Shown here: positions 1 to 6,659 of the stretch, one piece after another
Layout of the letters: every line of letters begins with the position of its first letter
Numbering within the stretch: position 1 is the stretch's first letter
Assembly: GCF_006345805.1 (NCBI RefSeq)
Contig: NW_021828912.1
Span: 1 to 7,285 of the forward strand
Reading direction: 5' to 3'
Source: Octopus sinensis
Taxonomy: Eukaryota
DNA length: 7,285 nt
Made by a program: the position numbers and the translations under genes
Notes under the pieces: model-generated
Database searches by the model: none
What the model was told of the DNA's origin: nothing
What the model saw: the letters and a program-made list of their open reading frames with translations, nothing else

Positions 1-220
1 TTGAGGTGAAAACATTCTGTGCCGTATGAATATGTCCCTCGTTTAAGAAACAGATTGGGTTTATTTACATTTGTGAAGAAAAAAAGATACACTTCCCCCA
101 CTCCTAATCCTAACCCTAAAACAGATTGAAATGCAATAGATCGATACTAGGGTCATAATTATGGGTGACAATTTCATATGACACCGCTAGAAAAAACTGC
201 CGGCCTAACCGAAAAGATCC
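1..220. mobile_element. Right-hand part of a probable non-autonomous DNA transposon/MITE with an internal telomere-like tract
   Basis: Complex sequence ending AAAAAACTGCCGGCCTAACCGAAAAGATCC (191-220), which I recall as a TIR-like end of an abundant octopus repeat (not verified). CCTAAT-CCTAAC-CCTAAA lies at 103-120. The partner terminus would be outside the window. Confidence 0.45.
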
Positions 221-296
221 GAACTCTGAAGGTTGGGCCTCCAACTAGAACATTCGCGATACCCTTAAAGCCAGGATGTTTTCAGCATCTCCTTGG

Positions 297-385
297 AGAT
301 GGATAGATAAATAGACAGACAGACTGATAGATAGATAGATAGACGCATAGCTAGTCAGCTAGACAGATGGATAGGTAAGTATGTA
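297..385. repeat. Degenerate (GATA/GACA)n microsatellite
   Basis: Directly visible; 334-385 is duplicated at 1566-1617. Confidence 0.85.
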
Positions 386-528
386 TATGGGTCAATATAT
401 ATATATATATTGTTATATTTCGGAATGGTCATATTGCCAGTTTAGCCAATAAAAACACACGCACTATATATTTGGTGTTATTTTGCTTCAGTGATATTTA
501 TTTTTTACATTAATCTTAATCTTATTTC

Positions 529-573
529 GGCCAAAGTTCTTTCATCACACTCCTGTGACCGCATCAGTGGTCC
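529..573 (-). ncRNA. Hammerhead-like motif, left-arm copy
   Basis: Reverse-complement copy of 720-764; the closing pair of stem II is G-U instead of G-C. Confidence 0.35.
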
Positions 574-719
574 TTTGTTTTCTTCTCACTTACTTGTGTC
601 TCTCCTTACTAACCGTCAGCCATTTTGTATTTTGTATTTTGTATTTTTTGTATTTTTTGAGAAATACAAAATGGCTGACGGTTAGTAAGGAGAGACACAA
701 GTAAGTGAGAAGAAAACAA

Positions 720-764
720 GGACCACTGATGCGGTCACAGGAGTGTGACGAAAGAACTTTGGCC
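720..764 (+). ncRNA. Minimal type I hammerhead-ribozyme-like motif with non-canonical core
   Basis: CCA | CTGATGC G | GTCACA-GGAG-TGTGAC | GAAA | G-AA-C | TT | TGG: stem I, core (CUGAUGC rather than CUGANGA), 6-bp stem II, GAAA, vestigial stem III, UH, stem I partner. Confidence 0.4.
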
Positions 765-1154
765 GAAATAAGATTAAGATTAATGTAAAAAATAAATATC
801 ACTGAAGCAAAATAACACCAAATATATAGTGCGTGTGTTTTTATTGGCTAAACTGGCAATATGACCATTCCGAAATATAACAATATCTGTTTCAACACAC
901 GACTTCACATAAAAAATATTGCACAACAAATATCTAAACGTACTATATATATATATATATACAAAATTAGAAAATGTCATCAACCATCAGATGATACCCA
1001 ATCAATACTTTATTACACCATTACATAACAGCAAAGGCATTATACAAAATATATTGTAAATATAATTAGACAAGGAAATAGAAATATAAAATATAAAATA
1101 TAATATATAATTATATCATATCTGACAGCTAGATAGATAGATATATAGACATTA

Positions 1155-1385
1155 GGCGGCGAGCTGGCAGAATCGTTAGCACGTCGGGCGAAATGCTTAG
1201 CGGTATTTCGTCTGCCGTTACGTCCTGGGTTCAAATTCCGCCGAGGTCGACTTTACCTTTCATCCTTCCGGGGTCGATTAAATAAGTACCAGTTACGCAC
1301 TGGGGTCGATGTAATCGACTTAATACCTTTGTCTGTCCTTGTTTGTCCCCTCTGTGTTTAGCCCCATGTGGGTAATAAAGAAATA
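1155..1385 (+). mobile_element. tRNA-derived SINE family A, full length
   Basis: Head GGCGGCGAGC-TGGCAGAATCG (A box) and GGTTCAAATTCC (B box); central CCTTTCATCCTTCCGGGGTCGATTAAATAAGTACCAG resembling the Meta/MESC SINE domain; four homologous copies in the window. Confidence 0.9.
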
Positions 1386-1569
1386 CGTATTTCGTCTGAC
1401 GTTACGTTCTGAGTTCAAATTCCGCCGAGGTCGTCTTTGCTTTTCATCCTTTCGGAGTCGATAAATTAAGTACCAGTAACGCACTGGGGTCGATGTAATC
1501 GACTTAATACCTTTGTCTGTCCTTGTTTATCCCCTCTGTGTGTAGCCCCTTGTGGGTAATAAAGAGATA
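1386..1569 (+). mobile_element. SINE family A, 5'-truncated tandem copy
   Basis: Restarts at internal GTATTTCGTCTG directly after the tail of the previous copy; lacks the A box. Confidence 0.9.
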
Positions 1570-1810
1570 GATAGACACATAGCTAGTCAGCTAGACAGAT
1601 AGATAGGTAAGTATGTAGGTAGGTTAATAGATAGATAGACAGAGTGATTGATAGATAGACAGATAGATAGATAGATAGATAGGTAAGATAGGCAGATATA
1701 GCAATACATGGATAGATAGACAGGTGGATAGAGATAGACAGATAAATAGAAAAGCAAATGCATAGATAGAATGATAGACAGGGGATCCTTAGATAGATAG
1801 AAAGATAGGT
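1566..1810. repeat. Degenerate (GATA/GACA/GGTA)n array
   Basis: Directly visible. Confidence 0.9.
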
Positions 1811-1929
1811 ATTATAAATGTATACACAGGCGCTCGCAGACACACGTATATACCTACATGTATCTAAGGGCCAACGCACGAAACTCTGGCCCTTGCGTCA
1901 CTGTTGCTTCTGCTAAATAATAATAAAAA

Positions 1930-2149
1930 GGCGGCGAGCTGGCAGAAACGTTAGCACGTCGGGCGAAATGCTTAGCAGTATTTCGTCTGCCGCTACGTTC
2001 TGAGTTCAAATTCCGTCGAGGTCGACTTTGTCTTTCATCCTTTCGGGGTCGATTAAATAAGTACCAGTTACGCACTGGGGTCGATATAATCGACTTAAGC
2101 CGTTTGTCTGTCCTCTCTGTGTTTAGCCCTTGTGGGTAGTAAAGAAATA
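1930..2149 (+). mobile_element. SINE family A, full length with a small 3' deletion
   Basis: Colinear with 1155-1385; A and B boxes present. Confidence 0.9.
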
Positions 2150-2211
2150 ATTAATTAAAATATACCTATATATAGCTATATTTATTTGTGTCTTTAACGA
2201 TGGCTGTCTGT

Positions 2212-2330
2212 GTATGCATGCATGCATGTATGTATGTATGTATGTATGTATGAATGTATGCATGTATGTATGTATGTATGTATGTATGTATGTATGTGTG
2301 TGTGTGTATGTATGTATGTATGTATGTATG
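2212..2330. repeat. (TATG)n microsatellite
   Basis: Directly visible. Confidence 0.95.
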
Positions 2331-2445
2331 TCATTAATTCAGTTTATTTCAATATTTCTTGCCAATAAGGAAAGAGCCGGTTTCTAACCTAGATCCAAGG
2401 CTCCTTCATTGGAATTTCAACATCAACAACAGGATATTTTTGTTG
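2331..2445 (-). repeat. ~110-bp interspersed cassette embedded in (TATG)n, copy 1
   Basis: Reverse-complement homolog of 4235-4345; TATG repeats on both sides. Confidence 0.8.
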
Positions 2446-2533
2446 GTTTGTTTGTATGTATGTATGTATGTATGTGCAGATTTGTATGTTTTATGTATGC
2501 ATTCTCATGCATATAGTCGCATATTTAGACATT

Positions 2534-2914
2534 GGAGGCGCAATGGCCCAGTAGTTAGGGCAGCGGACTCGCGGTCATAGGATTGCGGTTTCGATTCCCA
2601 GACCGGGCGTTGTGAGTGTTTATTGAGCGAAAACACCTAAACTCCACGAGGCTCCGGCAGGGATGGTGGTGACCCCTGCTGTACTCTTTCACCACAACTT
2701 TCTCTCACTCTTACTTCCTGTTTCTGTTGTACCTGTATTTCAAAGGACCGGCCTTGTCACTCTCTGTGTCACGCTGAATATCCCCGAGAACTACGTTAAG
2801 GGTACACGTGTCTGTGGAGTGCTCAGCCACTTACACGTTAATTTCACGAGCAGGCTGTTCCGTTGATCGGATCAACCGGAACCCTCGTCGTCGTAACCGA
2901 CGGAGTGCTTCCCC
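2534..2914 (+). mobile_element. tRNA-derived SINE family B, full length with probable TSD
   Basis: tRNA-like head with A box TGGCCCAGTAG and B box GGTTTCGATTCC; flanked by ATTTAGACAT (2523-2532) and ATCTAGACAT (2915-2924). Confidence 0.85.
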
Positions 2915-2929
2915 ATCTAGACATGCTCA

Positions 2930-3166
2930 GGCGGCGAGCTGGCAGAACCGTTAGCGCACCAGGCGAAATGCTTACCGGTAATTCGTCTTTCGTTACGTTC
3001 TGAGTTCAAATTCCGCCGAGGTCGACTTTGCCTTTCATCCTTTCGGGGTCGATAAATAAAGTACCAGTTTCGCACTGGGGTCGATGTAATCGACTTAATC
3101 CCTTCGTCTGTCCTTGTTTGCACCCTCTATGTTTAGCCCCTTGTGGGCAGTAAAGAAAACGAAATA
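2930..3166 (+). mobile_element. SINE family A, full length
   Basis: Colinear with 1155-1385. Confidence 0.9.
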
Positions 3167-3228
3167 GATATATGTATGTATGTATTACGTACGTATGTAT
3201 GTATCTCTCTATCTGTCTGTCTTTCTGT

Positions 3229-3288
<60 letters not shown>
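3167..3288. repeat. Compound (TATG)n/(TCTA)n microsatellite
   Basis: Directly visible. Confidence 0.9.
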
Positions 3289-3289
3289 A

Positions 3290-3810
3290 CCATAAATTCT
3301 CGAGTATAGTCCGCCCCTGAGTATAATACGCAGGGGCTTTTTAGGGGGCTGTACCTCTGAAAAACTTAAACCTTGTGTATAATATGCACCCCTTCTCTAA
3401 CTTGAGTCGAGCGTAATTCAGCCAGCAGCACCAAGTCGAACAAACACTTCCGCACATGCGTAATACAATAATGGTGATGTTCTTAACTGTTATATGGGAA
3501 TGTAAATATGTTTGCAAATTGGTTTTGTTACATGTTATTCTGTGTTCTGAATACTTTTATTTTAATAAATGTTGCTTACTGCAAGTTATGGATGATTCTT
3601 TTATGACTTCATTGCTTTCAGGCTTAGCTTAAGGTATTTTCGCGCAGGACATCACAAAATGCGTCTGAATAAACATTGCCGGACAGAAAATATAGACTCG
3701 GACATTGCTTAGAAAAAATTTTTCATTTTTAACCTCGTATATTGTACGCACTAAGGATTTTGACCTTTAAATTTTGGGTAAACATGCGGACTATACTCGA
3801 GAATTTATGG
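3290..3810. mobile_element. 521-bp Tc1/mariner-superfamily (Tc2/pogo-like) MITE
   Basis: Perfect 25-bp TIRs CCATAAATTCTCGAGTATAGTCCGC (3290-3314 / 3786-3810); TA target-site duplication at 3288-3289 and 3811-3812; no transposase ORF. Confidence 0.92.
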
Positions 3811-3981
3811 TACATACATACATATACGTATACCTAAACATACATACACACACATATGAGCGAGAAAGAGAGAAAGAGAAAGTGAGAGGAATAAACTTAT
3901 TGCTAGAAACAACACCGTATCTGACGAGGAATATTACATCCCCAGACATCGGTAACCTGAGTTACCTTTTCCTAGAAGGAT

Positions 3982-4022
3982 GTCCTAACAAAGGCTAAGA
4001 GTCCTAACAAAGGCTAAGAGTC
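3982..4022. repeat. Exact 19-bp tandem duplication GTCCTAACAAAGGCTAAGA x2
   Basis: 3982-4000 equals 4001-4019, followed by GTC. Confidence 0.95.
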
Positions 4023-4090
4023 ATTCACTCCCAATGGTTTAACTGCGCGATCGGGTATCCAGTCCGATTATTTCTATGTCCCCGCGCATG

Positions 4091-4234
4091 ACATACATAC
4101 ATACATACATACATACATACATACATAATACATACATACATACATAATACATACATACATACATACATACATAATACATACATACATACATACATACATA
4201 CATACATACATACATACATACATACATACATACA
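4091..4234. repeat. (ACAT)n microsatellite
   Basis: Directly visible. Confidence 0.97.
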
Positions 4235-4345
4235 AGCAACAATACCCTGTTGTTGATGTTTAAATTCCAATGAAGGAAACTTGGATAGGTTAGAAACCGG
4301 TTCTTTTTCTATTGGCAAGAAATCTTGAAATAAATTGAATAATGA
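4235..4345 (+). repeat. ~110-bp interspersed cassette embedded in (CATA)n, copy 2
   Basis: Inverted homolog of 2331-2445; ends AATAAA...AATGA then CATACAT. Confidence 0.8.
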
Positions 4346-4354
4346 CATACATAT

Positions 4355-4690
4355 TTATGCAAAGCCAAGGCTAAAGACATCAACAGCATTACTGCCAACT
4401 GTGAGAGAATGTCTTCCGGATATTATCTTCCCGCGAGGCAAAATGCGATGCCAAAACGGTCTGAAAAAGGATAACAAATAACAAGACAAAAAAAAATGAA
4501 TAACTGCAAACAGTCTGACTATATTGAGATTGATGGGTCAAAAGTATGTTGGTAGATAGCCTGATGATCTGCGAACCTGTTTATGGGGCAACACACAAAC
4601 ATTCTGCTAATTCTAAACGGTTCAAGCATTTGTACATGGTGGAAGCATTACGACCTTCCATGTGAAGACCAACAACAACAACAACAACAA
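4355..4690 (+). pseudogene. Decayed 3' fragment of a restriction-like-endonuclease non-LTR retrotransposon (R4/Dong-like) with (CAA)7 tail
   Basis: Manual translation from 4355: LCKAKAKDINSITANCERMSSGYYLPARQNA, frameshift, AKTV, later DYIEIDGSKVCW*. This fits a degenerate CX2CX8HX4C knuckle plus RH(D/N) motif. A stem-loop TGGAAG/CTTCCA (4640-4660) precedes (CAA)7 at 4670-4690. Confidence 0.65.
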
Positions 4691-4763
4691 TTATACGGTT
4701 TTCTTTGACACACCATTCCATTGTTAAATAGGAAAATTAGATCAGTTATTATTATTTTCATCA

Positions 4764-4807
4764 TTCTTCTTCTTCTTCTTCTTCTTCTTCTTCTTCTTCT
4801 TCTTCTT

Positions 4808-4837
<30 letters not shown>
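4764..4837. repeat. (TTC)n microsatellite
   Basis: Pure array of about 24 units. Confidence 0.98.
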
Positions 4838-4838
<1 letters not shown>

Positions 4839-4843
4839 TAATA

Positions 4844-4930
4844 TAAATAAGTACCAGTTGAACACTGATATCGATGTAATCGACTCCTTTTCTCTCCAAA
4901 AATTGCTGCCCTTGTGGCAAAATTTGAAAC

Positions 4931-4991
<61 letters not shown>
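4844..4991 (+). mobile_element. 3' fragment of a SINE related to family A but with a different tail, ending in (ATT)20
   Basis: TAAATAAGTACCAGTT...CACTG...TCGATGTAATCGACT matches the family A body, then diverges (CCCTTGTGGCAAAATTTGAAACC); (ATT)n spans 4932-4991. Confidence 0.75.
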
Positions 4992-4992
<1 letters not shown>

Positions 4993-5022
4993 CTATAATT
5001 ATTGTCTTTGTGGTCGTTACAG

Positions 5023-5139
5023 ATGCAAATAACACAAACCTGTAATAATTCATTTAACAACGAGCGACGACTTTATCAGGCCCCGAGGGATAACTTGGAC
5101 GGGTTCGGAGGAAAGCAGGTCACAATTCCAGTTGTATAA
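5023..5139 (+). CDS. Candidate terminal coding exon of an unidentified host gene: MQITQTCNNSFNNERRLYQAPRDNLDGFGGKQVTIPVV*
   Basis: T-rich tract and TTACAG acceptor ending at 5022; only phase 0 stays open (38 codons, TAA 5137-5139); unique-looking, more GC-rich island. Product not recognised. Confidence 0.4.
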   Translation: MQITQTCNNSFNNERRLYQAPRDNLDGFGGKQVTIPVV

Positions 5140-5317
5140 CCCGGTAAAGAACCAAAGAACCTGTCATCTCCGTTGCAGCCTCCCCATTGATAGTTGTGTT
5201 TTTTCACACGACCTTTCCTCGTCAAACACTGCCACAATTCACCGAAATGTCTGACACCAGTTTATCTACTTTACCGCATTCGTGTGTGTATACGTGCGAA
5301 TATCCATATGTTCATAA

Positions 5318-5448
5318 ATGTGTGTGTATACACACGCACACACACATATATACATACACACACATGCACACACACGCATGTATATAAATACACACATACA
5401 CACAAACATATGTATACATATATGTATATATATACATCTATCTATCTA

Positions 5449-5515
<67 letters not shown>
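5318..5515. repeat. Compound degenerate (CA/TA)n then (TCTA)n microsatellite
   Basis: Directly visible. Confidence 0.92.
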
Positions 5516-5520
5516 TTATA

Positions 5521-5920
5521 GGCGCAGGAGTGGCTGTGTGGTAAGTAGCTTGCTTACGAACCACATGGTTCCAGGTTCAGTCCCACTGCGTGGCACCTTG
5601 GGCAAGTGTCTTCTACTATAGCCTCGGGCCGACCAAAGCCTTGTGAGTAGATTTGGTAGACGGAAACTGAAAGAAGCCCATCGTATATATGTCTATATGT
5701 GTGTATGTGTATGTATATGTGTGTCTGTACTTATCCCCCCCCCCAACATCGCTTGACAACCGATGGTGGTGTGTTTGCGTCCCCGTAACTTAGCGATTCG
5801 GCAAAAGAGAACGATAGAATAAGTACTTGGCTTTCAAAGACTAAGTCCTGGGGTCGATTTGCTCGACTAAAGGTGGTGCTCCGGCATGGCCGCAGTCAAA
5901 TGACCGAAACAAGTAAAAGA
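5521..5920 (+). mobile_element. tRNA-derived SINE family C with internal (TA/TG)n tract, full length
   Basis: A box TGGCTGTGTGG, B-box-like GGTTCAGTCCC, CORE-like CACCTTGGGCAAGTG, internal microsatellite ~5684-5723; second copy at 6660-6820. Confidence 0.85.

Positions 5921-5921
<1 letters not shown>

Positions 5922-5957
<36 letters not shown>
5922..5957. repeat. (TA)n microsatellite
   Basis: Directly visible. Confidence 0.97.
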
Positions 5958-5964
<7 letters not shown>

Positions 5965-5972
5965 TAGAAAAT

Positions 5973-6626
5973 TTATAAACTTTCTAATGTATCGTTACGC
6001 GCGTCACTATAATTTACATGATTCTTGTTTGCTTTCCAATTCGTCAACAGGAACCTAGCTATATGCTTATAACCACTGAAAATTTCGGATCTAGAATTCA
6101 GCAGCGTAGTAAACTTTTTTTAAATCTGAAAAGGATCGGATTTTTGCCAGCTACGCATAGCTTACGGTTTTTTGATCTGTTGTCGCATGGTGTAGACTTT
6201 TCAACTATTTTCCAATTTAACATATGAAGTGTGGCGTTCGTCTTCAAAATCCATAGGTGACTAGCCAACTTAGTAGCTTTACTTTTGTCCCTGTGTCGGA
6301 AGGAAGATATGTGGCTAGCATAGCGATCTTTGAAGTCGCCTTCACATAGTCCAATATAGTTCTTCTTAACGTTTGTGTTATCATCTAGCGTTGGATTAGC
6401 ATCGGGTGTGTTATCATCTAACTTCTGTCTCATACATGACGGCTTTAATCATACACCCTTGGCCAGGTGGACAGGTTCCTGGGTATCGACAGTTACAATT
6501 GGGAGTGAGTTCTTGGTGTTCTAGTGTAATGATGCTTTTCATATTGGGGAAGCAGCTACAAAATCATTTCACTGAACACTTGTTAAATAATTTCCTGTAC
6601 CTCTGATGGTCTGGAAAATGTTTAGT
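5973..6626 (-). pseudogene. Decayed Penelope-like element (Neptune-type): RT-distal linker, Cys-rich motif and GIY-YIG endonuclease
   Basis: Three frames join: TKHFPDHQRYRKLFNKCSVK*FCSCFPNMKSII...CNCRYPGTCPPGQGCMIKAVMYETEV / ...KKNYIGLCEGDFKDRYASHISSFRH...TKLASHLW..K...LNWKIVEK...KLC / LLNSRSEIFSGYKHIARFLL...ESL* (stop 5975-5973). One internal stop and two frameshifts. Confidence 0.9.
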
Positions 6627-6659
6627 AGCACATAAACACCCCACACACACTTCTATATA

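Larger units (their letters stand above)
407..886. mobile_element. 480-bp foldback palindrome: inverted Penelope-type pseudo-LTR pair or long-TIR non-autonomous element
   Basis: Arm 407-632 is the reverse complement of 662-886 apart from one substitution (544/749) and a 1-nt indel (T run near 574-576). The spacer is 29 bp (633-661). The palindrome is certain; the class is inferred. Confidence 0.85.

Noticed and set aside
221-300. Small hairpins GTTGG/CCAAC and ATCTCC/GGAGAT
   Set aside because: 5-6-bp stems are expected by chance; no supporting context.
491-802. Two ORFs with identical N-termini on opposite strands
   Set aside because: Automatic consequence of the palindrome; GTG starts and no protein-like features.
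2534-2606. tRNA gene
   Set aside because: A and B boxes are present but the acceptor stem is poor, and it continues into a ~380-bp TSD-flanked body, so it is a SINE head.
1040-3123. Similar minus-strand ORFs (...RRNTAKHFARRAN...)
   Set aside because: Antisense translations of SINE family A copies; frames are not conserved between copies.
1155-3166. CRISPR-like or regularly spaced array
   Set aside because: Repeats are 180-240-bp SINEs at irregular spacing in eukaryotic DNA.
2331-4345. The two inverted cassettes as TIRs of one 2-kb transposon
   Set aside because: Copies differ by several substitutions and indels, each sits in its own microsatellite, and the interior is a set of independent elements.
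4561-4580. CTGATGA as a hammerhead core
   Set aside because: No stem II plus GAAA follows at suitable spacing.
4025-5544. Poly-R/K/I/N, MYVC and YLSI ORFs
   Set aside because: Translations of microsatellites.
6564-6566. In-frame TGA as selenocysteine (reported for some Naiad Penelope-like elements)
   Set aside because: It falls at a normally hydrophobic position (VK-x-SYSC), not a Cys, in a frameshifted copy, and no SECIS is evident.
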